Notes under the pieces: model-generated
Seen by the model: the letters and a program-made list of their open reading frames with translations, nothing else
Told to the model about the DNA's origin: nothing
The model's database searches: none
Part shown: piece by piece, positions 45,397 through 54,987 of the stretch
Numbering within the stretch: position 1 is the stretch's first letter
Layout: the number at the start of each line of letters is the position of its first letter
Source: an uncultured delta proteobacterium
Lineage (GTDB): Bacteria; Desulfobacterota; Zymogenia; Zymogenales; Zymogenaceae
Length of the DNA: 64,000 bases
Assembly: GCA_963792965.1 (NCBI GenBank)
Contig: CAWBYW010000011.1
Coordinates: forward strand, 1-64,000
Direction: 5' to 3'
Program-made: the position numbers and the translations under genes

Positions 45397-45912
45397 TCAT
45401 ACCCACCGGACGATCTCCTTTACGGTGCAGCCCATCTTTTCCACCGCGGTCATGAACTCGTGCCGCTTGGTATGATCGGCAATGGCATAGTCAAACCCCA
45501 TGCGCAGGCGGTGTTTCATCTGGGGGAAATCGATCTTAAGGGCCGTCGAGAGCTTCTTTGCCGCGACATCGAGCGCCTTTTCATCTCCGGGCGCCATGAC
45601 GCTCACGAAATATTTCTTCGTAAACTCGTGGGAACAGAAGGGACACGCCCCGTATGCCTCGTCGATCCTTTTTTTGCACTGGGGACATTCCTTGGTTTTT
45701 TCCAGGGCGCCCATTTGGGCGTCCAGGAGCGGCGTGACCTTCATTATCAGGCTTTCGACCGCCACCGCGAAGTTGGCAAACGATATCTGGAATTCTCTTT
45801 CCCTTCTCCTTTGCTCCAGCATGATAGAGAGGATAACGAGCAACACCACAAGCCCCGCCGCGGTGCCGAAAAAGAGGAAGTAGGGGAGATAGGTCCTAAC
45901 AATGCCTTCCAC
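45397..45912 (-). CDS. Membrane-anchored zinc-ribbon protein
   Basis: TM segment, then CPQC-x10-CPFC; GTG start with GGAG RBS. Confidence 0.7.
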   Translation of the reverse strand: MEGIVRTYLPYFLFFGTAAGLVVLLVILSIMLEQRRREREFQISFANFAVAVESLIMKVTPLLDAQMGALEKTKECPQCKKRIDEAYGACPFCSHEFTKKYFVSVMAPGDEKALDVAAKKLSTALKIDFPQMKHRLRMGFDYAIADHTKRHEFMTAVEKMGCTVKEIVRWV

Positions 45913-45994
45913 GGTACATCTCCGAAAGTCGTATCGCACATTTCATGATATCACGACTATTATACCCGGCCTGTGACGGTCATTGCAAGGGGAA

Positions 45995-46654
45995 TTATCG
46001 CTTGACGAACTCAATGCCGAACGGGCAGAAGGTGAGGAGGGGGCAATCGTCGCAGTGGGGGTTCTTAGGCTTGCAGATCGTCCTGCCCAACTGAATCAGG
46101 TTGATATGGGTCGGGTAATATTTTTCGCTCGGGACGAGATCGGCCAGGATTCGATGGGCCTTTGTCGCGTCGGCCTTTTCGGGAACAAGGCCCAAACGTT
46201 TTGTCACGCGCAGCACATGGGTGTCCACCGGAAAGGCCGGCTTTCCGAGTGAAAAAAGGAGGACGATGGCCGCGGTCTTCTCGCCGACGCCGACAAACGA
46301 GAGGAGCTCATTGCGCGCGTCCTGTGTCTCGAGATCACGGAGGTAATCCAGGGATAGCTCGCCGTGCTTTTGCCTGATCTGGGTCAGGATCGTTTTGATC
46401 CTCTTTGACTTCTGAGGACCAAGCCCGCCGACCCTGATCTGCTCCTCGATTTGGGCGGCGGAGGCGGACATCACGTCCTCCCAGTGATAGAAGCAGCGCT
46501 TCAGGTTGTCGTAGGCACGGTCGCGGTTTTTGTCGGTCGTGTTCTGGGAGAGTATGGTGAAGACAAGCTCCGAGAGGGGGTCCTTGATCCTTTCGGGACG
46601 GGGGACGCCGAAGTATGCCTCGAGGGCGGTAATGATCTGAAGTACAGTGGTCAC
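45995..46654 (-). CDS. nth: Endonuclease III
   Basis: ILSQNTTD, HhH GVGEKTA, FPVDTHV, CKPKNPHCDDCPLLTFC. Confidence 0.93.
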   Translation of the reverse strand: MTTVLQIITALEAYFGVPRPERIKDPLSELVFTILSQNTTDKNRDRAYDNLKRCFYHWEDVMSASAAQIEEQIRVGGLGPQKSKRIKTILTQIRQKHGELSLDYLRDLETQDARNELLSFVGVGEKTAAIVLLFSLGKPAFPVDTHVLRVTKRLGLVPEKADATKAHRILADLVPSEKYYPTHINLIQLGRTICKPKNPHCDDCPLLTFCPFGIEFVKR

Positions 46655-46776
46655 ACTCCAATTCTCTCACGGCACCGTTCTCGGGTGGCAACCTAAAATG
46701 TTTTTCCTCTTTACTTTTGCCGTCGGATTTATTATAAACATAAGATATTTCCCACAAAAAAACCCGAGGGGGGCTT

Positions 46777-47997
46777 ATGGATACGATTCGCTATCTGGTG
46801 GTGTCGTCCTACGGCAGCATCTTTGCTGAAGTACCCCATGTGTTCGCAAGCGCGCCGGGCAGGATCAATCTCATCGGGGAGCACACCGACTACAACGAGG
46901 GATTTGTCCTCCCGATGGCGATAGAGAAGAGGACGTACGTGGTGGCCAAGCCCATGTACGGGGACATGGTGCGGATAAAGTCCGTCGGCTTCAAAAAGAT
47001 CGAGGAGTTCTGCATGAGGCAGCGCCTCGAGAAGAACGACGGGTGGGCCGACTATGTGAAAGGAGTCGTCGATCAGTTCATCAAGAGCGGACGCGCCGTG
47101 GAGGGGTTCTGGGCGTACTATCTGGGCGAGGTCCCCATCGGCTCGGGGCTCTCTTCCTCGGCGGCGCTCGAGGTGGCCACGACGATGCTGCTGTCGGAGA
47201 TGTTCGGCCATCCGCTGAAGCCGGAGGAGGCCGCGCTGTTGGCTCGGTCGGCCGAAAACCAGTTTGTCGGCGTCAATTGCGGCGTGATGGACCAGATGGT
47301 GAGTATGCTGGGAAAAGAGGGGAACGCCCTGTTCATCGACTGCCGTGACCTGAGCTATAAATACGTTCCCCTTAAGCTCTCCGACGCCGAGTTTGTGGCG
47401 GTGGATACGAAGGTCACGCGCGAGCTCGGCTGCGCGGCCTATAACGACCGGCGCGCCGAGTGCGAGAAGGCGGCCTCGATCCTCAAGAAGACGAAGAAGG
47501 GCCTGGCCACGCTCCGGGACGCGACCCTGTCCGATATCGAGAAGAACAAGAAAGAGCTCGGGGATTCCGTCTTCAAACGCGCCCGGCACGTGGTCACCGA
47601 AAACGACCGGGTGCTGAAAGCCAGGGAACACTTGTCGGCCGGCAAGCTTGCCGATTTCGGCGCTCTCATGTACGAATCCCACGAGAGCCTCAAGAACGAC
47701 TATGAGGTGAGCTCTAAAGAGCTCGACGCGGTGGTGGATACCGCCCGGGCGACCAAGGGCGTATTAGGGGCCCGGATGACCGGCGGCGGGTTCGGCGGGA
47801 GCGCGGTGGTCCTCGTTAAAAAAGAAAGTCTCCCGACGTTTACGGAGGCGGTCACGGCTGCCTTTGCCGCAAAGGAGTGGACGGCTCCCGAGGTATTCGC
47901 GGTCAGCCCGTCGGCGGGGGCGAAAGTGGAGAGGCTCAATATCAAGTTTCCGGAGAAAGAGTCCGTAAAGGAAGAAAGGCCGAAGAAGGAGAAATAG
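46777..47997 (+). CDS. galK: Galactokinase
   Basis: GRINLIGEHTDYN, PIGSGLSSSAA, GARMTGGGFGG. Confidence 0.97.
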   Translation: MDTIRYLVVSSYGSIFAEVPHVFASAPGRINLIGEHTDYNEGFVLPMAIEKRTYVVAKPMYGDMVRIKSVGFKKIEEFCMRQRLEKNDGWADYVKGVVDQFIKSGRAVEGFWAYYLGEVPIGSGLSSSAALEVATTMLLSEMFGHPLKPEEAALLARSAENQFVGVNCGVMDQMVSMLGKEGNALFIDCRDLSYKYVPLKLSDAEFVAVDTKVTRELGCAAYNDRRAECEKAASILKKTKKGLATLRDATLSDIEKNKKELGDSVFKRARHVVTENDRVLKAREHLSAGKLADFGALMYESHESLKNDYEVSSKELDAVVDTARATKGVLGARMTGGGFGGSAVVLVKKESLPTFTEAVTAAFAAKEWTAPEVFAVSPSAGAKVERLNIKFPEKESVKEERPKKEK

Positions 47998-48034
47998 GGA
48001 CATAGATTACAGAATTACAGAGCGGTCCGAGTGG

Positions 48035-48067
48035 CGCGGACAACCGAAAGGCTGTCCGTGTTTTGTT
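48035..48067 (+). terminator. Rho-independent terminator after galK
   Basis: CGCGGACAACC-GAAA-GGCTGTCCGTG then TTTTGTT. Confidence 0.7.
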
Positions 48068-48069
48068 AG

Positions 48070-48163
48070 AGATGCCCGGACAAGCTATCGCGATTATGCC
48101 GGCAAGCGGGCATTACCTGACGACGCGGTGACTAACCCGTAGGGGCGGCATATATGCCGCCCG
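48070..48163. repeat. Two REP-like palindromes
   Basis: ATGCCCGGACAAG...AAGCGGGCATTAC and GTAGGGGCGGCATATATGCCGCCC. Confidence 0.55.
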
Positions 48164-48279
48164 CGGGCACGACATACCACGCCCTGCAACGCTCTCAATG
48201 ATCTCGTCTCTTCATACCTCCGCGAAAACCCCCCCACAAATCGCTTGACGAAACGCCCGATACGGTGGAATATATAATC

Positions 48280-49429
48280 ATGGACCGTCAACAGACAGAA
48301 GCCTGGGAGCTCAAGTACCTCAAGCCCTACGCCTCCTTTTCCGCGAAAAGCCACGGGAGGAAGCACAAGGAGCCGGAGGACGAGATCCGCACGGCCTTCC
48401 AGCGGGACCGGGACCGGATCATCCACTCCAGCGCCTTCCGCCGCCTCGAGTACAAGACCCAGGTTTTCGTCTATCACGAGGGGGACTACTTCCGCACCCG
48501 CCTCACCCACACCATCGAGGTCGCCCAGATCGCCCGGACGATCGCCCGGTCGCTCGGAGTCAACGAGGACCTAACTGAGGCGGTGGCGCTTGCCCACGAC
48601 ATGGGCCACCCCCCCTTCGGCCACAGCGGAGAAAAGACCCTCGACGAGCTCCTCAAGGACGACGGCGGCTTCAACCATAATCTCCAGAGCCTCAAGATCG
48701 TCGAAGAGCTCGAAAAGAAATACCCGAACTTCCCCGGGCTTAACCTCACCTACGAAGTCAGGGAAGGGCTGGCAAAACACAGCACGGAATACGACGTGCC
48801 GGGGGTGGGGGAATTCGCGGAGCATCCGGGCGCATCGCTCGAGGCCCAGGTGGTCGATATCGCCGACGAGATCGCCTACAACAGCCACGACATCGACGAC
48901 GGCCTTGCCTCGGGGATGATCGACGAGGCAGACATCGCGTCGCGTTCGCCTCTGGCACGAGACCTTCGACGCGGTCGTGAAAAGCTGGCCCGCCGAGGAC
49001 CAGAAGGTCTGGCGCCTTGTCTCCGTTTCGCGGCTCATCGGACGGCAGGTCAAGGACGTGATCGCCGAGGTGGAAAAGAACATCAAGACACGCAGGATAC
49101 ACACCGTCGAAGACGTGCGCGGGGCACCTGAGAGGATCGCGTCGTTCAGCGACGGGATGGGAGATCTCAACGAGGAGCTCAAAAGGTTCCTCATGAAGCG
49201 GCTCTACCGTCACTACCGGGTGGTGAGGATGAGTGGCAAGGCGGAGCGAATCGTAAAGGACCTCTTCAGCACGTACCTCTCCATCCCCGAGCAGCTTCCG
49301 CCGGCGATATATGAGGAGTATAACAGGACCAAGAGCAAGCGGGTGGTCACGGACTACATCGCCCAGATGACCGACAAGTTCGCCATCGACGAGCACGGTA
49401 AGCTCTTCTCGCCGTACGAAAAGGTGTGA
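48280..49429 (+). CDS. dgt: Deoxyguanosinetriphosphate triphosphohydrolase-like HD protein, frameshift near 48940
   Basis: [38 protein letters not shown]; C-terminal DYIAQMTD in the shifted frame. Confidence 0.92.
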
Positions 49430-49443
49430 GCGTATTTCGAGGC

Positions 49444-49565
49444 GTCACTGCGAGGGAGCGGGCGCGGCCGAGGCAGTCGCCGTCGGTCACGCGGAGAGGT
49501 GCGTGTCAGCCACGATCGGATAACATTTGGGCTCGCCACGGGCCCTTTGAGTCCTCGCGATAACG
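49444..49565. repeat. Degenerate CGTC-type palindromic element
   Basis: Terminal arms CGTCACTGCGAGG ... CCTCGCGATAACG. Confidence 0.55.
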
Positions 49566-49582
49566 GTAATTACTGAATCTAA

Positions 49583-49981
49583 ATGGAAAACATCCTATCC
49601 GACATAATCCTTCTGGTCCATTTTGCCTGGATACTCTTTATCATTCTCGGCCTGCCCGTTGCGCTCGCGTTTGCGCTCCCCCGATTCAGGGTATTTCACT
49701 CGATCGCCCTTATCTTCACGGTCATCATGCAGGTCACGGGCACCATCTGTCCCCTCACGGACCTCGAAGAATACCTGAGACGCGCCGCTAACCCCCATTT
49801 CACCTACGGCGGCTCGTTCTTGATATCGTGGCTGAGAAAGCTGATATACATCGAGGACATCGGCGTCTCACTGTTGATCATCTATATTATTACGGGGATT
49901 TACCTTGCTTTTGTGATCCTCTCGTATTTCCTGTGGCCGCTGCCCAAGAGGTCCGCCCGTCCGCCGAAGGCACGAGCATAG
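49583..49981 (+). CDS. DUF2784 family membrane protein
   Basis: VHFAWILF, H, ICPLTDLEEYLR, YGGSF. Confidence 0.85.
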   Translation: MENILSDIILLVHFAWILFIILGLPVALAFALPRFRVFHSIALIFTVIMQVTGTICPLTDLEEYLRRAANPHFTYGGSFLISWLRKLIYIEDIGVSLLIIYIITGIYLAFVILSYFLWPLPKRSARPPKARA

Positions 49982-50025
49982 GGCAACCGCCAAATCCCTT
50001 TACTTTACCAACGTGGGGAGTCGTT

Positions 50026-50302
50026 ATGAACCTTAAGCTCTTCTTTACCGTATTCGGCACGATCCTCCTTGCCGGAGCTGGGCGACAAGACTCAGCTTGC
50101 CGTCATGGCGATCGCGGCCGATCACAAGGAGGGGTTATTTTGGATCTTCCTCGGCTCCGCGCTGGCGCTGGCCCTCACGTCACTGGTGGGCGTCCTTCTG
50201 GGCGGGTTTATTGACCGCTTCGTCCCGGCGCACATCATCCACTATATCGCGGGAAGCGCTTTCATCGTCATCGGGATATTGATGATCCTCAACAAATTTT
50301 AG
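50026..50302 (+). CDS. Single-domain UPF0016 (TMEM165/GDT1) protein, frameshift near 50073
   Basis: MNLKLFFTVFGTILLA then ELGDKTQLA after a one-base shift. Confidence 0.85.
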
Positions 50303-50313
50303 GGGGTATATCC

Positions 50314-50928
50314 ATGGGATTTCTTGATTTTCTCACCGGGGTCAAACGGCCGGCGGCGGGCGTCGCGCCCGTGGCAAAAGGCGAGCTGACAACCAAGATC
50401 GCCGCACTTTCCGGCGAAAAGACACCTTTTTCCGTGAAGCCGTCCGACGAGTCGGACCTGATCGTCGAGCTCAAGATAGCCGACGCCAAGTGGTACGAGA
50501 TCTTCGCGAAGGCGTCGCTCACGAAGACCTATCGGATCTATCTTCTCCTTGACGACGCCTCCAAGGAAGTGCGCGCGCTGGAGGAGACGGGCGAGGTGAC
50601 CTGGAAGGCGGGCGTGCCGAGCGTGAGTTTCTCGGCCGAGATGTTCCGCGGCAGGACCATCGCCCAGAAAGAGTTCGGGACGGCCTACGCCTTCAAGGAT
50701 AAGAGCCCCGGCTCTTTCGGTAAGGTCTATGAATATTCGTTTGACGCGAATGACGTAAAGAGGCCCCTGATCGAGGCGGTAACCGGATGCGGCTGGTCAT
50801 ACGTTCCGGTGACGAGCAAGGGGAAGGTCAAAAAGAGAATAGGCTCACTGGACAACTGTGGTTGTCCGGATAAACCTGCGTCCTCTTCCGTGGGGGGCCC
50901 CCAAGGAATCGAAGATTCTTCGGGGTAG
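50314..50928 (+). CDS. Hypothetical protein (true stop possibly 50842 if the A-run is one base too long)
   Basis: Typical codon usage up to GKVK; the tail after it looks non-coding. Confidence 0.7.
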   Translation: MGFLDFLTGVKRPAAGVAPVAKGELTTKIAALSGEKTPFSVKPSDESDLIVELKIADAKWYEIFAKASLTKTYRIYLLLDDASKEVRALEETGEVTWKAGVPSVSFSAEMFRGRTIAQKEFGTAYAFKDKSPGSFGKVYEYSFDANDVKRPLIEAVTGCGWSYVPVTSKGKVKKRIGSLDNCGCPDKPASSSVGGPQGIEDSSG

Positions 50929-51225
50929 TCAGGGCACCGGGTCGAATCCCCCCGGGTTGAAGGGGTTGCAGCGCATGATGCGCCAGAGCCCCATGGCCCC
51001 TCCCTTGATAACCCCGTATTTTTCGATAGCCTCGTACGTGTATTGAGAACAGGTCGGATGAAACCGGCACACCCCCGAGCGGAGAAGCCGCGTCATCAGC
51101 GGGCTGTGGTCAGGCGAGATCGTGGCCTGGTAGAGGCGGATCAGGCCCATCGGAATCCGCCTGACGGGGCGGACCGCCCGTTTCAGAAAGCCGCCGGCCT
51201 GACCCCATACCGGTTTCTTTGTCAC
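50929..51225 (-). CDS. yidD: Membrane protein insertion efficiency factor YidD
   Basis: [34 protein letters not shown]. Confidence 0.95.
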   Translation of the reverse strand: MTKKPVWGQAGGFLKRAVRPVRRIPMGLIRLYQATISPDHSPLMTRLLRSGVCRFHPTCSQYTYEAIEKYGVIKGGAMGLWRIMRCNPFNPGGFDPVP

Positions 51226-51237
51226 CCACCGTTGTCA

Positions 51238-52389
51238 CTATATCCCCTTGCCCCGCAGGTAGTGGCAGATGATCATCCGCTGGACCTCGGAGGTGCCGGC
51301 GCCGATGGCAAAGACTTTCGCGTCGCGCATCATCCGCTCCACCCGGTATTCCTTGGTGTAGCCATAGCCGCCGTGCACCTGGACGGCGTCGGTGGTTACC
51401 CGCATGACCATGTCGCAGGCAAAGAGCTTCGCGTAGGACGCGGAGAGCCGCGCGTCCCCGCCCTGGTCGAGGATCGCGGCGGCATTGTAGATCAAGAGCC
51501 GCGCCGCCTCGATCTCGGTGGCCATGTCGGCCAAGAGCTTTTGTACCATCTGGAAGTTGAAGATGGCCGTGCCGAACTGCTCGCGCTGCTGGGAATATTT
51601 GAGCGCCTCCTCGAACGCGCCCTGGGCGAGCCCGAGCGCAAGCGCGCTCCAGCAGACCCGCTCCGTGTCCAGCCCGCCCATCATCTGTTTGACGCCGATC
51701 CCCTCGACTCCGCCGACGAGGTTCTCGGCGGGGACCCGGCAATCCTCGAAGACCAGCTCGCCGGTGGGAGACGAGCGCAGGCCCATCTTGTCAAATTCCT
51801 TTCCGACGGAAAAACCGGGAAAATCGCGCTCGACGACGAACGTAGAGACCCCCTTGGGGCCCCGGCTCTTATCGAGCGTCGCGTAGACGTAGGCAACGTC
51901 GGCGATGGGGGCGTTGGAGATAAAGGTTTTCGTCCCGTTGAGGATATACGAGTCTCCGTCCTTCGTCGCCCTGGTTGACACGCTGACGGCATCGGAGCCG
52001 GCGCCGGGCTCGGTGAGGCCCATGCAGCCGATAAACCGGCCCGAGGCGATCTCGGGGAGGTACTTCTTTTTCTGCGCGTCCGTTCCGTTCCGGGACAGGT
52101 TATTACCGAAGAGGAGCGATGAGGCTCCCATGACGGTGGCAAGCGACGGGGAGTAGCGGGAAAGCTCCTCCGAGACCATCGCGATCGTGAGGAAGTCTTT
52201 GAAGCTGCCGCCGTAGGCCTCGGGGATCCCGATGCCGAAGAGTCCGAGCTCTTTCATCTGCGTCAGGAGCCCTTGGGGACAGCCGCCCTTTTTGTCGTTT
52301 TCTTCCTCGACGGGCTTCACGTTCTTCTCGCAAAACTCCCGTACGGTGTTGAGCATGATCCTCTGTTCTTCCGTGATCTGGTACAGCAC
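51238..52389 (-). CDS. Acyl-CoA dehydrogenase (isovaleryl-CoA DH-like)
   Basis: GLTEPGAGSD, NGTKTFISN, QVHGGYGY, IGAGTSEVQR. Confidence 0.95.
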   Translation of the reverse strand: MLYQITEEQRIMLNTVREFCEKNVKPVEEENDKKGGCPQGLLTQMKELGLFGIGIPEAYGGSFKDFLTIAMVSEELSRYSPSLATVMGASSLLFGNNLSRNGTDAQKKKYLPEIASGRFIGCMGLTEPGAGSDAVSVSTRATKDGDSYILNGTKTFISNAPIADVAYVYATLDKSRGPKGVSTFVVERDFPGFSVGKEFDKMGLRSSPTGELVFEDCRVPAENLVGGVEGIGVKQMMGGLDTERVCWSALALGLAQGAFEEALKYSQQREQFGTAIFNFQMVQKLLADMATEIEAARLLIYNAAAILDQGGDARLSASYAKLFACDMVMRVTTDAVQVHGGYGYTKEYRVERMMRDAKVFAIGAGTSEVQRMIICHYLRGKGI

Positions 52390-52579
52390 TATGCCTCCTT
52401 ATAGGCCCGCCATGAGGTAGAAATAGAACCGGGGGAAATCGGCGCGGGACTCGATGACCTTTCCCCCATCGTCGGAAATAAATTGTTGACTAAAATAAAT
52501 AGATACGTCTCATCATGGTCCGCCACTCGACGTCAGCCGGTCGGAGGGCGGAGCTGCGCGCGACAGCCACGTACGTTGC

Positions 52580-52867
52580 TTACTGTACCTTATTCGGAGA
52601 CGACGTCGTGTTCGCCGGGTTCGTGTCGTTATGGATGAGCTGGTCGATATCCTTATGCTTTGCCGGACACGATTCGGGAAGGACGATCCTGACCGCCTCC
52701 CATCCGATACCCGCGACGAGGAGGCCGAGCTCCCGACCCCATCCGAGCACCGAGCCGGGCGCGCCGGCCCCGGTTGCTGCCCCACCTGTCGGCGCCGTTG
52801 CCGTCACGCCGATCAACGGAAAGGCCAGCAGCAACACGAGAGCCAGAAAAAGGGCTTTAGTTTTCAT
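52580..52867 (-). CDS. Small secreted hypothetical protein
   Basis: GGGAG RBS; signal peptide MKTKALFLALVLLLAF... Confidence 0.6.
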   Translation of the reverse strand: MKTKALFLALVLLLAFPLIGVTATAPTGGAATGAGAPGSVLGWGRELGLLVAGIGWEAVRIVLPESCPAKHKDIDQLIHNDTNPANTTSSPNKVQ

Positions 52868-52981
52868 TTTCTCCCCCCGCGTTACCTACAATTCCATTAT
52901 AGCAGGATCGAGGAGGGCCGAAAAGCAAAATAATCAATCGCCGCCTTGACGACGGGTGTCTGTCGCCCTATACTGATGAGC

Positions 52982-53638
52982 ATGAAGGAAACTATCTATC
53001 GGGGGCTCGCGCTGGATGTCTGCGGTGTGCTCACGACGCACAGGAGCGTCTGGCAGTTCATCCACGAAGAGCTCGGCATCTGGGAGACGCGGGCCGTCCG
53101 CTTCCAGGAACAGTTCCTGGCCGGCACAATCACCTACCGGGAGTTCTGCGAAAAAGATGCGGCGCTCTGGGCGAACAGACCCGTCGGTGAGCTGACCGAG
53201 ATCGTGAAGCGGTTGCCCTACCGGGAGGGGATCGGGGAGCTCTTCGAGACGGCGGGCCGACTGGGCCTCAGGACCGGCCTCATCTCCACAGGTTTGACGC
53301 TCCTGACCGACCGGATCGCGGAAGACTTCAAGGTCGACTTTTCCGCCGCCAACCGGCTCGTGACGGCCGACGGCGTCTTTACGGGCGCGGTCGAAGTCCT
53401 CGTCCCCCACGACGGCAAGGGTAAGGAGCTGGTAAAGTTTGCCCGGACGTTTGGGATGAGGCCGGATGAGGTCATCGCCGTGGGCGATGGCGCGTCCGAT
53501 ATCCCGATGTTTCGAGAAGCCGGATACGCGGTGGGGTTTGGGAGGGTGACCGAGGAGGTACGACGTGCGGCCGACGCCACCACCGAGGAGGATATTCCAT
53601 CTCTGGTCGGATTACTCACCGGAATGCGGAGTCGCTGA
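52982..53638 (+). CDS. HAD-IB phosphoserine phosphatase-like hydrolase
   Basis: LDVCGVLT, ISTG, K, VGDGASDIPM; probably leaderless (TTGACG-17 nt-TATACT ends 7 nt before the ATG). Confidence 0.85.
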   Translation: MKETIYRGLALDVCGVLTTHRSVWQFIHEELGIWETRAVRFQEQFLAGTITYREFCEKDAALWANRPVGELTEIVKRLPYREGIGELFETAGRLGLRTGLISTGLTLLTDRIAEDFKVDFSAANRLVTADGVFTGAVEVLVPHDGKGKELVKFARTFGMRPDEVIAVGDGASDIPMFREAGYAVGFGRVTEEVRRAADATTEEDIPSLVGLLTGMRSR

Positions 53639-53686
53639 CAGACGGGTTCCCCCGGTCACTTCATGCGACCCCCTCGCCCTGTGCGC

Positions 53687-54388
53687 TTACCATACCCCCG
53701 GCACGAGGCGCCATTTTACTTCTCTGGCGTACTCGGCGTAGCCCGAGAGTTCCGCTATCAACATCCGGTCTTCCAGATACGTCCGGGCGATCAGGAGGAT
53801 CGCGATCAGCCCCGCCGGGACAAGGCCCCACAGCGAGCCGAGGACGACCGATGTGGCGAAGAACCCGACGATCCCGCCGAGGTAGCCCGGATGTCGGACG
53901 AAGCAGTAGGGGCCGTCCTTCACGACCTTCTGGCCCCGGTCGGCCTGGATGCGCACGACGCTCGAGAACCAGCGGTTAACCGCCATTGCCCAGGTGAGCA
54001 ACCCGTACGAGACCATAAACACCGCCCAGCCGACGACGTAGGCCCAGACGGGGAGCGATCCCGTCCAGCCGAAGCGCCCGGCGTCCAAGGCCGCAAAGAT
54101 TATGAGACCAAACGTGAGGGGGGCGTACATCGCCAGCAAGACCTTATCCCACCGCTTGATCCCGGGTCCCGGCCGCATCCGCTCACGGATGAGCCCGGGC
54201 ATCCTGCTGAGGAGAAAGAACGAGACGGCGACGTAAGCCCCGATAAAGCCGAATAAGGCCCATCCCTGCCAGTAAGAGAGCCTCCCCGCGCAGAGAAAGA
54301 CTGCCGCCATCATCACCAGAAGATATGCGACGCTCTTGACGATCAGGGTAAGATGTTCCTTTTTTGTCAGACGCTCATTATTGGACAC
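53687..54388 (-). CDS. ICMT/PEMT family membrane methyltransferase
   Basis: VVRIQADRGQKVVKDGPYCFVRHPGY, EDRML..GYAEY. Confidence 0.93.
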   Translation of the reverse strand: MSNNERLTKKEHLTLIVKSVAYLLVMMAAVFLCAGRLSYWQGWALFGFIGAYVAVSFFLLSRMPGLIRERMRPGPGIKRWDKVLLAMYAPLTFGLIIFAALDAGRFGWTGSLPVWAYVVGWAVFMVSYGLLTWAMAVNRWFSSVVRIQADRGQKVVKDGPYCFVRHPGYLGGIVGFFATSVVLGSLWGLVPAGLIAILLIARTYLEDRMLIAELSGYAEYAREVKWRLVPGVW

Positions 54389-54393
54389 AATAG

Positions 54394-54822
54394 CTACCTC
54401 GCAGGAAGGGTCAGGTCGTCCCCCACCTTCACCCCGTTGGCCTTAAACCATCCGAGATTTACCTCTAGGGCGTACCGCGCCGGTTTCGGTGATTTGTAGT
54501 GCATCGACCCGTCGTCCGGGAACATATCGAGGATCACAATGATCTTTTCGTTGCCGTCGATAAACGCGATGGAAAGCGGGATGAGTGTGTTCTTCATCCA
54601 GAACGAGAGCGGACGCTCGTCGGGATAGACAAAGAGCATGCCCCGGTCCTGGGGTAAATAGTCCCGGTACATGAGGCCGGTGGCGCGCTCGTACATATCG
54701 TCGGCGATCTCGACGGTGAGGTGAACGCCGCCCACGGTGATGGTTTTGGTCTCCAAAGCGAGCGCGTCGGATGACACCAGGATAGTGAAGGCGAGCACCA
54801 AGCAAAGCGTCCTTAACTGCAT
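54394..54822 (-). CDS. DUF192 family protein
   Basis: GLMYR, GMLF, FWMKNTLIPLSIAFID, ALEVNLG. Confidence 0.95.
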   Translation of the reverse strand: MQLRTLCLVLAFTILVSSDALALETKTITVGGVHLTVEIADDMYERATGLMYRDYLPQDRGMLFVYPDERPLSFWMKNTLIPLSIAFIDGNEKIIVILDMFPDDGSMHYKSPKPARYALEVNLGWFKANGVKVGDDLTLPAR

Positions 54823-54987
54823 GACGACAGCCTGTCCATGTATGATTTGTGAAAGAATGACGCCCCGGAAAGCGAGCGCTTGCTATTTATTCTAATCCCC
54901 CTCGCCTTTCCTGTCAACCGGGCTCATGACATCTCTCCCTTTACAAAGCGGACCAGGTGTGGTACCGTCTGCGGCGGAGGTGCCGCC

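Noticed and set aside
52580-52867. Bacteriocin-like precursor
   Set aside because: It has an ordinary Sec-type signal peptide and no modification, immunity or transport genes adjacent.
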